In this document: in pieces, positions 1 through 13,983 of the stretch
Position numbering within the stretch: the stretch's first letter is position 1
Layout: each line of letters opens with the position of its first letter
Source: Eledone cirrhosa
Lineage: Eukaryota
Assembly: GCA_964016885.1 (NCBI GenBank)
Contig: OZ024740.1
Coordinates: 194,680,001-194,744,000, forward strand
DNA length: 64,000 nt
Direction: 5' to 3'
Made by a program: the position numbers and the translations under genes
The notes under the pieces: model-generated
Databases searched by the model: none
What the model saw: the letters and a program-made list of their open reading frames with translations, nothing else
What the model was told of the DNA's origin: nothing

Positions 1-360
1 TATATAAATATACATAAACATATATTTATGCATGCGTATGCACAAACTGTTTGCAACGTTATGTGCAAATTTTCACACCTACCTAAAAATATAAGATGCC
101 AAGAAATATTGCCAAACTATCAAAATGTAGAGACTTTATACAAACTCTATATCATATACATTATATTATTTTATGTGTATTTGTAAATGTTTCTTCTCCG
201 CCCTCTTTGCTTCTCTCTCTCTCTCTCCCTTTCTCTCTCTCTCTATTCCTATATACGTATATGAATTTTCACTCACACACACACAATCCCCCCCCCACTC
301 GCATGCACACAGACAATATATATATGGTTAGATATATATATATACATACATAGTTATATT

Positions 361-435
<75 letters not shown>

Positions 436-454
436 ACATATGTATGTATATAAT

Positions 455-521
<67 letters not shown>

Positions 522-758
522 CGTGCTGGTGTGTAGATGTGATTGTATTTATATGTATGTATATATGTATGTATACATACGTATGTGCTTGTATTAATGT
601 ATGAATGTATGTAAGTATATAAATAATTTAGTATACATGAGACATTGCTTCAAAGAAAATCCTCAGCACATATTTAACTTTTATATCTAATAACCGATCT
701 AGATACACATGAAAAGTATATCAACATATATATTTTTCTATGCTTATATATAGACTCC

Positions 759-839
759 TACATACATACATACATACATACATACATACATACATACATA
801 CATACATACATACATACATACATACATACATACATACAT
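759..839. repeat. (TACA)n microsatellite; further arrays at 1821-1880, 2664-2752, 4206-4224, 44009-44083
   Basis: Direct reading of tandem TACA; these arrays flank the RLE LINE fragments and the structured non-coding element. Confidence 0.97.
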
Positions 840-1820
840 GAAAAAATATCATTAGAATAGCCACTGATCTGGAGGAGAGATATGGAATAAAGCCTGATAT
901 AAATCTCTCACCCAGAGAAATCGGAAGATCCTATTCAATGTTAAAACAAGGTGAAAAAATTGACCAATTTACAGAAAAAGTTTTGCATGGATACTTGAGA
1001 CGTAAAACACAGACCATAGAGGGGATAAACCACTCAAAAAGCCTGGCATGGAGTTCCGACAAGTTTATGACATCACACCTGGAGGGATATCTCTATGCAA
1101 TACAGGAACAAGAACTCCCTACCAAATATCTGCTGCATAAAAGGGGAGAGCCATCAGCTGACAATAAATGTAGGCTATGTAAAACAAAGATCGAGGATGT
1201 AAGCCACATTGTTGCCAGCTGCGAAAGAATGTCATCTCGCTACTACCTCCCCATGAGACTCAATGGAATAGCTAGAACCATCTGGAACGCACTTCGGAAA
1301 ACAAAATTAACAACAAACGAGGAAGAATATATTGAGACAGATGGCACTAAGGAATACTGGTGAAACCTGAAAATAAAAACTGCCACCAAATTAAAGCACA
1401 ACCGGCCTGATATTGTTGTTTGGGACCGCACATTGAAAACGTGTTCTGTTGTGGAGATCAGCTGCCCACTTGTGGTAAACGTTGTCAGAAAAATACAGGA
1501 GAAGGAGGACTTCTACGGACCATTGATGAGGGGTTTACAAATCCAGTATCGAAGATACACCTTTAGCTTCATACCCATCATTATTGGAGCTACGGGTTAT
1601 ATACCAACCTGCTTGGACCAAAGTATGACTGAACTTGGATTTGCGGACAAAGAGCGGAGCTCCCTAATTCATAGTCTACAAATGGCTGCGATAACTGGCA
1701 CCTTCAAAATTTGCAAAACATTCTTGCGATTCAAGGGATGACAATTTCTTTTCTTTTACAACCTTGCCACCAGGAAGGTGGCCGGTCAAAAAAATATACT
1801 CGAAATTAAGAGAAAGAAAA
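840..1820 (+). mobile_element. 5'-truncated RLE-type non-LTR retrotransposon (R4/Dong-like), 3' end
   Basis: ORFs 938-1363 and 1433-1741 are one frame broken by a TGA at 1361-1363. Motifs: AIQEQ, CCHC knuckle CRLC..EDVSHIVASC, restriction-like endonuclease HNRPDIVVWD..VEISCP. Bounded by (TACA)n on both sides. Confidence 0.88.
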
Positions 1821-1885
1821 CATACATACATACATACATACATACATACATACATACATACATACATACATACATACATAACATA

Positions 1886-2203
1886 TATATCGGAGTTATC
1901 CCAGTTTCCTGAGATGCCTTCTCCTAGAATGCCCTGACAAAGGCTAGGGGTCCTTCACTCCCAGTGGTTTAACCGTGCGGTACATGTGTACATACATATA
2001 TTTGCACACTTTGGGATGGTCGTTGACTCTTATGAGTTCTTCCGTCCTTTGTCAGGTTTTGTTTTTTTGTCCAGCAGGATGTCCAAAATCATCCTCCTCA
2101 CCAAGTAAACTTGGCGGGGTTGCCGGTTTAATCGCCGACAATCCGATCATGCGACAGGTTGTACTGGGTTACATGTTACCAGTAGCAGTCAAGAGTGACC
2201 CGA
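1886..2203 (+). mobile_element. 3' half of structured non-coding repeat ('ACAT element'), copy 1
   Basis: Near-identical to 29425-29678 and homologous to 44645-44838. Ends in GAGTGACCCGA followed by a degenerate (ACAT)n. Confidence 0.75.
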
Positions 2204-2226
2204 GATATACATACAAACATACATAC

Positions 2227-2664
2227 ATCATGGCTGCAACTCGAATTTCGAGTGATGCTATCGCTTGATACTTAAGCATGAGCATTACGGGCGTGGCTTC
2301 CTAGTCGTGCTAGGGGCTTGCCTATGGCTAGAAATGTTATGCATAGCAGAAGATATCACATATCAAGCAATTCCTATGATTGAAGCTTATATTAAGCGAG
2401 GAAAAGCTTTGTATGGGGCCAATCCCACACTCTGAATATCGAATGCATGTACCCAACAAGTAGAACTTCTCTACATCATTGGATGCAAACGAAGTCGCAG
2501 GTTGTATATCAGATTGACATTCTCCTAAAGAGATGTCTTAATGATAACTTGCAGTCTCTCGCCCCACAAAAAAAAAATTATTGGATGCCCGATGACTCTC
2601 CTGAGTTCCTCCGCGCTTTGTTTTTCATTCCTCAGTGTCCAAAACCGCCCTCCTCACCAAGCAA
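2227..2664 (+). mobile_element. Diverged structured non-coding repeat ('ACAT element'), copy 2, 3'-truncated
   Basis: Shares ATGGCTGC-ACTCG..CGAGT, GCCAATCCCAC, CATCAT..GCAGG and GTCCAAAA..CCCTCCTCACCAAG blocks with the copies at 29207 and 44306. Flanked by ACAT repeats. Confidence 0.7.
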
Positions 2665-2724
2665 TACATACATACATACATACATACATACATACATACA
2701 TACATACATACATACATACATACA

Positions 2725-2754
<30 letters not shown>

Positions 2755-2755
<1 letters not shown>

Positions 2756-4206
2756 CACAATGTGTTTGCTGTGCCTGTCCTAACACCAACGTTTCGAATA
2801 CTCAATTGGACGATAGACGAAATCCGAGCAGTTGATGTTGGAACTCGAAAAATACTGAACAACACCGGAAACTTCCACATCAACAGTGACATAGACCGCC
2901 TTTACTTGAAATGTAAGCAGGGAGGCAGAGGCCTAACATCAGTCCAGACAACATTTGAATGTCGCATCATATCTCTCCGACAACATCTACGAACCTCGAA
3001 GCGTAGGAGCCCGTTTCTCGAGCAAGTCTATCTGGATGAAACAGATAAGATCGTGAGAGTTGGGAAGGAACTCCTTGAGAGATATTCCCTATGTGATAAT
3101 CAAAAACTCACACCCAGGGATGTCGCTCAGCGGTATCGCAGTGAATCCATGGATGAAAAACTGCATGCTTATTAGCAAAAAATCATGCATGGATATGTTG
3201 CCAGGGAGCTCCAGAGTGAGAGTAATATAGATAAGGAAAGCAGTCTATCTTGGACCAACAACAGCTATATTGGCTCCCACTTTGAAGGATACGCTTTTGC
3301 AATCCAGGAACAGGAGATTAGCACGAAATACCTGATTCACAAAAGAGATAGGGATGCAGGCAAAACACCTAGATGTGATAACAAGTGCAGACTCTGCAGA
3401 ACTAACATCGAGGATATCACCCATGTCATCAGCAGCTGTCCAAAGATGTCATCGCAGTACTATCTACCTATGAGGCATGATGTAGTGGCCAAAACACTAT
3501 ACAATGCAGTTCGTAAAAAAGATAGCCCCGATAATAAGCACATTAAAAGCTACAACAATGTGGAAGATATCCATGTACATAATATGAAAGAGTACTGGTG
3601 GAATGTTCCAATAAAAAACCCAATAAAATGCAGGCATAAAAGACCGGATATTATGATATGGGACAGGGAGAAGAAAATATGCACAGTAGTGGAAATTAGC
3701 TGCCCAGCAGATGCCAATATAATATCAAAGATTAGTGAAAAGGAGAATATTTATGCAGAACTGATGAGAAATCTGCAGATACTCCACCCTGATTACACCT
3801 TCAGATTTATGCCTTTGATTATTGGGGCACTGGGATATGTTAGTAACTGCCTCAATACAAATCTTGAGAAGCTAGGCTTCACAGGAACAGAAAGAACACA
3901 ACTAGTTAGGAAATTACAAGTACAATCCATTAATGGAACAGTAAAAATATGTAAAACATTCCAAAGATGTTGCATCTAATAACTGCATATACACATGTAC
4001 AGATACAAAGCATATACACATGCACACATACAACTCAAAACATCCACATCCACACATACAATAACATCCATATCTACACATGCATGCATACATACATGTC
4101 TACCTAGTTGATGTTGTGTAAATTCCAATGAGAGAGTCTTGTGTCTATGTTAGAAACCTACTCTCTCTATTGGTAAAACTTTGTGAAATTATAAAACCAG
4201 AAGAAC
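2755..4206 (+). mobile_element. 5'-truncated RLE-type non-LTR retrotransposon (R4/Dong-like), second family
   Basis: In-frame ORFs 2447-3175 (real coding from ~2755) and 3185-3979. Post-RT motif DRLYL..QGGRGL, AIQEQ, CRLC..EDITHVISSC, HKRPDIMIWD..VEISCP. About 225-nt 3' UTR, then (CATA)n. Confidence 0.9.
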
Positions 4207-4292
4207 ATACATACATACATACATAAATTGATATAGATACAACAAAGCTGTAGTTTGTACTCTTTCATAACGCAGCATCAGGACGTAATTAA

Positions 4293-4340
4293 GCAGTTGC
4301 TGATGAACTGTAATCACAATGAAATGTATGCATCCACTGC
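4293..4340 (+). ncRNA. Type I hammerhead ribozyme motif
   Basis: gcagttg-CTGATGA-actgt(aatc)acaat-GAAA-tg(tatg)c-ATC-cactgc; stems I-III pair, with one bulge and one mismatch. Confidence 0.65.
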
Positions 4341-4528
4341 TCTTACACACCAATAATCACAGCTTAATATCCTCACAGCATGAAATGTTTGCTATACGTA
4401 AACATATTGTGTATTGGTTATATATATATGGCTTTATAACAGAAAGAACCAAAGTAAGAAAGAAAGAAAGAAAGAAAGGAAAGAAAGAAAAAAAAAGAAA
4501 GGCAGATAAACAGATAGATAGATAGATA

Positions 4529-7500
4529 AATTTCTTTATTAGCCACAAGGGCACAAAAGAAGGGGACAAATGCAAATGGGGAGTTTACATACAGGTATAT
4601 GAAATTAAAACTATTAATAAAATAACAAATAACAATTGAAATCCCCAATAAGGGGGAGGCGTTACACAGGGGTTGTACAACCCTCATCTCCAGGAACACC
4701 AAGAGTGAGTACTTCCCTCCTCTCTTCCTCTTTTTCCTCAACCTACAGGCTTATATAGAGAGAAGGCCCAACCACTCGAGCCATCTTTGCCACATTCACC
4801 CTCCTTTTATAAAACTTGCTGGGGTACAGCACCTCTCTCTCGATCCTGATTCTTCTTCCAAAATGATATTTGAAAAAACGAATCAGTTGTACGCCAGAGA
4901 GAAAGTTGTCCGACCTCAGCCCTTTTAACCTCGTCCACCATATAACCTCTTTCACCATAGCCATAACACATAGGAAAACTGCCTCTCCTTCGTTTTTGAA
5001 GGAGGGTGGCGGTTTGATCATGACAATGGACTCGGTGGTCGTTATACATAGCCCCACAGGTGGGTAACGCCCAGGCAGTGTACAAATGCGTGCGCGACAG
5101 TTTCCTCGTCGCGCACGCATCTCGGACATATCTTCTTCGAAGGGTCCCTGCCCGGGCGCCCGTGTCTGTAGAGCTTGTCTCGAACTGGTAGAGCTCCTCA
5201 GTAGCACTGCCAGGCCAAGGACTTTTGAAAGTTGTCCATCGGTCCCGGGCGGAAGGTCCTACCGAACAGACTGGCCAGTTCGTCCTCCTCTATGCCTAGA
5301 ATTTCTCCGAGCGCGTCGTCGCACTTCTGCGGACCAACCCTCTATAGAATGACGAAGTGGAGTCTCCACTGATCGCCGGGTTCGTTTGAAAGAGGACTGT
5401 GAGCGCCTGAGGACATTCGATGTGCCAGTCGCCCATTTTCCTCGGTCTTTGCTTGACCCAGGACTGCAGCTCGGTCAGCGAGCCGAGCCGTGGGAAGGCT
5501 CGCCTCACGAACGGGGCCCACACCGGTTGTCCGGTGAGGAATATGTGGAGGTGCTGCAGCCTGAGCGCGTGTTTGCGCATCGTCAGCTACGGCATCCCCA
5601 GCCCTCCGTTTGAAGGGTGTTGGCAGTAGATGGATCTTCTCATTAAAGGAGCCTGTTTCTTCCAAAGGAATTGAAAGAGCGCGCGCTCCATTTTGGTGAA
5701 CGTTTTGGCTGGACAAGGCACGACGGTCAAGCGGTAGTAGATGACGGCCGCTATAAAAGTGTTCGCCACCTCCGCTCGGCCTTTCAAGGATGGTTTGCAC
5801 TCGGTCCACTTCTGGGTGAGCGCAAACACCTTGGCCGTCACCTCCATCCAGTTCTTCTCCACCTGGAGGTCCGGACCAAACCAGACCCCGAGCAGCTTTA
5901 CCGGTCCTTCCGTCCAGCGTCCGACGACGCCATCGGAAAGCATCGGTTTGCCTCTCCACGTTCCGAGTTGCAAACCGACGGATTTGTCCCGGTTCAGCCT
6001 CGCTCCTGTGAACCTTTCGTATTCCTTCAGTAAGGTGCCGACCTCTCCGATATGCGAGGTGCTCAACACTATTACTGTGACGTGGTCGGCGTAGGCCGGC
6101 GCCGCTTTTCGAAGTCCCCGTTCCAAAGGGATGCCCTGCAATAGCTCCAACTTCCGCAGTAGTGGCTCGAGAGTCAGTACGTACAGAAGGGAGGAGAGAG
6201 GGCATCCCTGTCGAATGGATCGCGTGATATGGAACGGCTACGAGAGGTAGCCGTTCACCTTGACCCTTGAGCAGATGTTGCTGCTGTACATTGCAGCAAT
6301 CCAGCTCCTGAATACGGGTCCGAAGCCTGCCGCCTCGAGCACCGCATCCAAGTAACGATGGTCAACACTATCGAAAGCCTTAGACTGATCCAAGTTGATC
6401 AGGGCCCCACCGAAGCCGATTTACACCCTACCCTCTCTATGATGTATCGCATGAGGTGGACGTTGTCGTGTATGGACCTGGTCGGGTTGCGCATGTCTGC
6501 ACTTCTCCCACCAGGTTTTCGACGACAAGCGCCAGCCTCTTTGCCAACACCTTGGCCAAAATCTGTAACTCTGTGTTTAGCAGAGTTATGGACCTATGAT
6601 ATCCCCCTTACTCTCGTCCTTCCTGACTAACGTGACTACGCCCTTGGTTACAGAACTGGGAATTCTCCCGTTCTGCTGCCAGTTGCAGTAGACCGCTTCC
6701 AGGAGACCGGAGAACAAGTCCGGCATTTCTACGTAAAATTCGTAGGGTAGACCGTCGAGACCTGGAGATTTGCGTTTGTCGCATTGGCTCAGATCGTCTC
6801 CTATCTCAGCGGCCGAAATCGGCCTTTCGCAGAACTTTGCCTCGCTGACCGAGAGTCGCGGCAGGCCGTCGATGTATGGACCGAAATCCATAGCCCCCTC
6901 CCGGCGCACCGCCCTGCCCGAACAGTTGAGCAAAGTGCCGCTGAAAGGCCGCGCACATCTGCTTCGGCTCACGTATCACGCGTCCGTCTTGGTCCTTCAA
7001 TGACCGAATCGTGGACTTGTTGCCACTTTTCGCCTGTCACTCGGGCCCAGCTAATAGCTTTGGCTCCTTCGTTTCCCAGAGCACGTATTTTGCTCCTGAC
7101 AACGCAGCCTTCATGTTCTGCGTCGAAGAACTGGTCCAAGGCCGTTCTCGTTGTTAGCACGCTGGCTACGTTGTCACTCCTAAGTGCCTCTTCTACTTTA
7201 TCTACAAGTTCCTTTTCGGTCTTATTTCTATCTAACACTAATTATTTACTAAAACCTATCGAGTCTAATCTAACTGCCCTCTTGAGAGAGTACCACCATC
7301 TGTTGTTGACAATGGCCCCGTCAAGTGCTGCTTAACTAAAGTTCTAATCTGTCTAGTGTAGGCTTTGCATATCGGTAAAGACAAGTTCAGCTTCCAGTAG
7401 CCGGGTCCCTGTCTAGGAGTTCTATTAAGGTTGACTAAGCAGGTCACTAGTTTGTGATCTGAATAGGCAACCATGAACATTTGTGAACAGCTTAACATGT

Positions 7501-7997
7501 CCCTATCGCTAACTCTAACTAGAAACATATCTAAGTACGATCTAGATGTTCCGCTATGGTTGGTCCACGTCCACAGTGGGACAGTTGGAAAATCTAGTCG
7601 ATATCTATCGGCCAGTTGAAATCGGCCGATTACTGTTTGAGGCTGTTACACCCCCTCTATCGGGACATGCTCCCACATAGTCCCAACGTGCATCTAGGAT
7701 TCCATTCCAGTCCCCCACTAACAGCAGGGAGCGGGACGTTCCTAGAAAAGTCTCTAGACGTTTGAAGAAGTCTAAGCGGCCACCAGCCTTCACTACCGTC
7801 AACGTCTAGGACCACCAGTCGACCCTCCGGGTCCAGAAGTTACCGTCTGTGTTACGAGGTCCAGGTGTTTCCGCAGCAAAACGGCAACCCCACCCCCATT
7901 TCCCGGCTGACAGAGAGATGCGTAGATCTCAAAGTCGTCGAAGATGGGGGCCAGTTGTCGCTCGCTGTGGATCCTGGACTCGCAAATGGCTACTACA
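4529..7997 (-). mobile_element. L1/Tx1-clade LINE, 5'-truncated, degenerate ORF2 (APE + RT + C-terminal zinc finger)
   Basis: Frameshifted minus-strand fragments: GDWN, SDHK, GPGYWKLN (APE); KSPGLDGLPYEFY, AYADHVT (RT); GGLGMP. 3' end AATAAAGAAATT runs into (ATCT)n; (GATA)n on both sides. Confidence 0.92.
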
Positions 7998-8002
7998 GAT
8001 AC

Positions 8003-8055
<53 letters not shown>

Positions 8056-8066
8056 TATAGATAGAT
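7998..8066. repeat. (GATA)n microsatellite separating two tandem L1/Tx1 copies
   Basis: Direct reading; similar arrays at 4513-4528 and 13984-14183 (degenerate). Confidence 0.95.
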
Positions 8067-11000
8067 AATTTCTATTTACTTGCCACAAGGGCACAATAGA
8101 AGGGGACAAATACAAGGGGTCGGGGTTACATAAAGCAACGAGTAAAAAACAAATAACAAATATAAAATTAACAATGCAGTCCTCAATAGTGAGGAGGCGT
8201 TTTGGTGGTTACACACACCCCTGAAAAAGTGTGCAACCCTTTTCCTTAGGAGCACAGAGAGGGGGTGCTCCTTTGAACTTCCACCTTTCCACCTACAGGA
8301 TGATAAAGAGAGAAGGCCCATTCACACGGACCATTCTCGCTACTTTCACCCACCTTTCATAACACTTGCTGGGGTAGAGCACCTCTCTCTCCATTCTGAT
8401 CCTTCTCTTAAAATGGTATTTAAAGAAAAGGACCAGTTGTTGGCCGGAGAGGAAGGTGTCCGATCTCAGCCCTTTCAAACGTGTCCACCATACCACCTCT
8501 TTCACCATGGCTATTACACAGAGGAAGACCGCCTCTCCTTCATTTTTTAAGAGGGGAGGCGGCTTGATCGTTACAATGGACTCGGCGGTCAACCGGATTG
8601 GTCCCACCCGTGACAGCAGTCGTTCGACATAGCCCCACAGATCGGCAACGCCCGAGCAGTGTACCAATGCGTGCGCAACGGTTTCCTCGTCGCGCATGCA
8701 TCTGGGACAGCTCTTTTTCGAGGGGTCCCTACTCAGGCGCCCGTGTCTGTAGAGCTTTTCTCGAACGGGCAGCGCCCCTCGGTAGCACTGCCAGGCCAGG
8801 GACCTCTGGAAGTTGTCCATAGGTCCCGGGCCAAATGTCCTCCCGAATAGGCTGGCCAGTTCGTCTTCTTCCATGCCTAGGGCTTGTCCGAGGGCGTCGT
8901 CGCACCTACTAACCACCAGCCCTCTATAGAATGACGAGGTGGAGTCTCCACCGATAGCCGGGTCCGCCTGCCAGAGAGCCGTGAGCTCCTGGGCACACTC
9001 GGTGTGCCAGGCGCCCAGTTTTCTCGGTCTTTGCTTGACCCAGGACTGCAGCTCGGTGAGCGCGACGAGTCTCGGAAAAGCTCGCCTCACAAACGGGGCC
9101 CACACCCGTTGACCGGTGATGAATACCTGGAGGTGCCGTAGCCTAAATGCGTGTTTACGCATCAGCAGCCACGGCATCCCCAGCCCTCCTTTCGAAGGGT
9201 GTTGACAGCAGATGGATCTCCTCACCAAAGGAGCCCGCTTCTTCCAAAGTAATTGGAATAGTGCGCGCTCCATTTTGGTGAGCGTTTCCCTTGGGCAAGG
9301 CACGACGGTCAGGCGGTAATAGATGACGGACGCTATATAAGCGTTCGCCACCTCCGCCCGACCTTTCAGGGATAGTTTGCACTCAGCCCACTTCTGCGTC
9401 AGCGCAAACACCCTGTTCGATACCTCACCCAGTTCTTCTCCACTTGGAGGTCAGGCCCGAACCCGACCCCGAGCAACTTCACCGGGCTCACCGTCCAACG
9501 TCCGACGACGCCGTTGGAGGCCATCGGTTTGCCCCTCCACTTGCCGAGTTGAAAAACCGACTGACTTGTCCCGGTTCAGCTTAGCCCCTGTAAACATTTC
9601 GTATTCCTCCAGTAAGGTGCCGATCACCCCGATTTTCGAGGCGGTTGACACCATTACTGTCACGTCATCGGCGTAGGCCGACACCGCTTTCCGCAATCCC
9701 GGTTCCAAAGGGATGCCCTGTAACAACTCCAACTTCCGCAGCAGTGGCTCTAGGGCCAATACATACAGAAGGGAGGAGAGAGGGCATCCCTGTCGGATGT
9801 GATTTCGAACGGCTCCGAGAGGTAGCCGTTCACCTTGACGCTAGAGCAGATGTGGCTGCTGTGCATGGCGTGATCCCTAAAAACGGGTCCGAAACCTGCC
9901 GCCACTAGCACCGCATCCAGGTAACGATGGTCGACCCTATCGAAGGCCTTAGATTGAACCAAAGCCGGGTTCGTTCCCCACCCTCTCTATGATGTATCGC
10001 ATGAGATGGAGGTTGTCGTGAATAGACCTGGAAGGGATGGCGCATGTCTGCGCATTTCCCACCAGGTTGCCCACGACAAGCGCCAACCTCTTTGCTAACA
10101 CCTTGGCCAAAATCTTTAACCCTGAATTTAGCAGAGTTATGGGCCTAAAATTACTTATTTCATCCTCCTTGTTCTCGTCCTTCCTCACTAGCGAGACTGC
10201 GCCCTTGGTCACAGAACAGGGAATTCTCCCGTTCTGTTGCCAGTTGCAGTAGACCGCCTCGAGGAGATCGAAGAACAAGTCCGGCATACTTAAATACATT
10301 TCGTATGGAAGACCATCGAGGCCCGGAGATTTGCGTCTGCCGCATTGGCTCAGCAGGTCCCCTATTTCAGCAGCTGAGATCCGCCTCTCGCAGGACTTCG
10401 CCTCCTCGTCTGAAAGACGCGGCAGACCGTCGAGGTATGGACCGAGGTCCACATCCCCATCCGGACCCTCGCCCCTTCCGAACAATCGGGCAAAGTGCCT
10501 TTGAAAGGCCTCGCATATCTGCTTAGGTTCAAGGATCACCCGTCCATCCTGGTCTCGCAAAGACCGGATAGTGGATCTAATCCCAGTTTTGGATTCTGTC
10601 ACGCGGGCCCAACTAACAGCTTTGGTCCCCTCATTTCCCAGAGCACGTATTTTGCTTCGGACAACGCAGCCTTCGTGTTTCGCGTCGAAGAACTGGCCCA
10701 ATGCCGTTCTCAACGCTAGCACTCTGGCTACGTCGCCGCTTCTAATTGCCTCTTCTACACTATCTACCAACTCTCTTTCCTTCCTATTTTTATCTGAGGC
10801 TAACTCCTTACTAACTCCTATTGAAGCTACTCTAATCTCTCTTTTGAGAGAGCCCACCACCTGCTGTTGACGATGGCGCCCGTCAACCGCTTCTTAACTA
10901 AAGTACTAATCCGGTCCCTGTAAACTTTACTTGCCGGTAAGGCTTCCAGTAACCGGGTCCCTGTTTATGCGTTCTATCATGGTTGACCATGCAGGTAACT

Positions 11001-13983
11001 AACTTGTGGTCTGAATAGCCAACCTTGAGCATTTCTGGACAAATTAAAAAGTCCCTATCCTTATTTCTGACTAAGAACCTATCTAGGTACGATCTAGATT
11101 GACCGCTATGGTTTGTCCAAGTCCAGGTTGGCACAGTCGGAAAATCTAGTCGATATCTATCGGCCAGGTCGAATCGGCCGATTAACATCTTGAGGTTGTT
11201 ACAACCCCCTCTATTGGGACATACCCCTACATAGTCCCAACGTGCATCTAGGATACCATTCCAGTCCCCCACTAAAAGCAAGGAGCGGGACGTCCCTAGA
11301 AAAGTCTCCAGACGATGGAAGAAGTCCGCCCGCGTTGACCCAAAAGGGCCGTAGATGGCGACCAGCCTAGACGCTCCACCTTCACCACTTCCAAGATCCA
11401 GAACCACTAGTCGACCCTCCGAGTCCAAGTGTACCGTCTGTGTAGCGAGACCCAGATGTTTTTTCAGCAGAATGACAACGTCACCCCCACCTCCGGGCTG
11501 ACAGAGAGATGCGTGCATCTCAAAGTCATCAAAGGTGGGGGCTGGCTGTCGCATGTTGCTGATCCGGACCTTGCAAATAACCATCACATTTATACATCGT
11601 GACCTGAGGTCATTTAGAATCATTGCTTGCTTCCAAGGTGAGCCCAAGCCACGCGCATTTAGACAACCTACTCTCAACACAGCCATGTTGGTGGTAAAGA
11701 GAAAAGGCACTTACCTCTCTCTGTCCCGGGGACCGGGCCGCACAATTTCCATGGGGATGAGGGGTGGGTTGTTGGGTGTGGTGGTCGTTTGTGGAAGTGT
11801 AGGGGAATCAGTGTGTGGTGGGGTTGGGGTGTTTGGAGTTGTGTGGGTGTCTGGGGGGAATTTATTAGGAGGACACGGTTAATGGGTCTGACGCAGGGGG
11901 GCCCACGTTCTCTTTAAAAGTGTCTGTTAACGTTTTGTAAGTGTCCATTGGGGCTTTTATCATTTTTAGATGGGGAAGCCCCGTTGCTTGTGCGAAATTC
12001 GAACCTTTGGTTTTTATTAAGTTGCTGTTATAAATAACTGTTTCTACTTTAGGCACAAGGCCAGCAAATACCCAGTGCATTACTGGTACTTTATTTTATC
12101 GACACCGTAAGGATGAAAGGCAAAGTCAACCTCGGCGGGATTTGAACTCTGATCGTAAAGGGACGTAACTATGCTGGAAAGCACGGTGTCTGACCCTCTA
12201 CCGATACTGCCAATCCACCGCCCTTGTTATAAATAACGTTTAACAGTTTTTTTGTTTATTGTGTTTATGTAAGTGTATGCATATTTTTCTTTTTATGTGA
12301 TCTTTTTTGTTTGCTGTTGTTGTGTGTTTTTTTGTGTTGATGTCTGAGTTATGCATTGGGGAGGCGTTGTTTGTATTTGTGTTCCTGTGGTGTGTTTTCT
12401 TTTTTTTCTCTTAACTTTATGAAAGTGTCCGACACCCACCCCCCTCGTCTGACGACGAAAGGGGGTCGTCTTCCGTATTCGAGGGGAGGGGTACATTTTC
12501 GGCTCGTGTTTGTGGTGTGGGTGTTATTGTATTTGTTTTCTGTGGGGGGTGGGGGGATTGTTTTCAGTTGTGTTTTAACTTGTGGTGTTAGTTGTTTTTG
12601 TGGTGGTGGAGGTTGTGTTGGTAGTGTTGTAGTTGTTGGTGTGGGCAAAATCGGTGTTTTTTTGTTTGCTTGGGAACAGGCAGCCCTCAGGTGACCTCTG
12701 CCACCATAGAGGTAACAAGCGGGTCGTCTACCCTCCACTGTGATGTGTAAGTAGGAAAGCCCATCCAGCAATATGCGGTCGGGGATCCTAGCAATTCGTT
12801 CTGGCTGCATTTGCACCAGAACTTGCAGGCTAGTTCCACCGAACACGTTGCTGGAAGACTAACCTACCGAAATTACTGCATCCTCTTTCAAGTCGAAGAG
12901 GCCACACAGTACCGCCCAGAAATCAATATCTGGATCGATACTGTGTATGGTCAATCTTTGCGTTCTTCTTCCCAAATAAGTGGGGAAGAAGGTCAATAAG
13001 GGGGACACAATTGGGGTCAGGGAATGTTTCTCGGCCGTCAATTAATTTCATTCGGATGGATAGACTACCGTAGAGTCTATCCTTCCGAATGAATACAATG
13101 TTTTTCAGATGATCTTTTAAAGCCAGTTCAATCTCTGTCTGTGTGAGTTTTACTGGCTTACGGGTTTTGTTGGATAGTGTCCTATAAATAATAGTTTTTA
13201 AGCTATTTTCCATTTTTAGCTCTGGGGAGAATTTAAAGAAAATAGACCATTCTCCTCCAAAGTTATATACTTCCGTGAATTTTCCATTTGCCGGGCCATG
13301 TTCGAAATGTCAATTGGTTCATACACAATGTTTTTTGGGTAGTTTGAGCGAACGTTATTTTGTTCGCCCCCTCTTTGTTTACATTTGTCGAAATGTGGTT
13401 GTTTTCTTGTTTTTTGTTGTTACAATTTCCATTTTTTGTTGTGTTTGTTATTTATGTTGGTGTATGCGTTCACATTTTTTTCTCCCTTGGGGTTAGACTC
13501 CATTTTTTTCAAAATGTTCACATATTTTCAGTATCCGAGAGACTTGTAGTCACAGCTACTACTCCTCTTTCACCTTTGGTGGTGGGCGTGGCACTGTGAA
13601 AATTCGAAACGGCATCCATTAATGTTGGCAATTTCTCCGAGTCAATTTTTTTCACATTTTTTTTATTAGGGTTAGGCTCCATTTTTTCAATGTTTCTAAT
13701 AATGATTATTCTTTCAGTAGGGAGGCTTGTTGCCTCGGCTACCCGCTCTCCTTCAGTTTGTTTAGTGGGCGTGTCATCGTTACCTGTGGTAATGGCTTCC
13801 ATTAGCACTAGCATAGAGACAATCACAAGATTTTGAGGATGAAAAATGTAACCCTAATGTCCGAAGACCCAAGCAAGGGGTTAATTAACACAATAACGCA
13901 AGAATACAGACAAACACTTACTGTTAACACGTAATATATCCAATAATCGAGGAGCCGATGTGAAGAACTTCTATACCATCCGG
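8067..13983 (-). mobile_element. Apparently full-length (~5.9 kb) L1/Tx1-clade LINE with ORF1 and ORF2, frameshifted
   Basis: ORF2 pieces: 10898-11710 (APE: CLNARGL, GDWN, SYLDRF, SDHK), 9949-10860 (SPGLDG, FRPITLLN), KAFDRVDH, AYADDVT, 8293-9411 (CPRC..ETVAHALVHC). ORF1 pieces 12349-13826 with knuckle CYLYGGRGHLRAAC. (GATA)n at both ends. Confidence 0.92.
12039..12224 (-). mobile_element. tRNA-derived SINE inserted in the LINE
   Basis: B-box-like GAGTTCAAATCC and core GCCGAGGTTGACTTTGCCTTTCATCC; 13-bp TSD tgttataaataac at 12026-12038 and 12225-12237. Confidence 0.92.
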
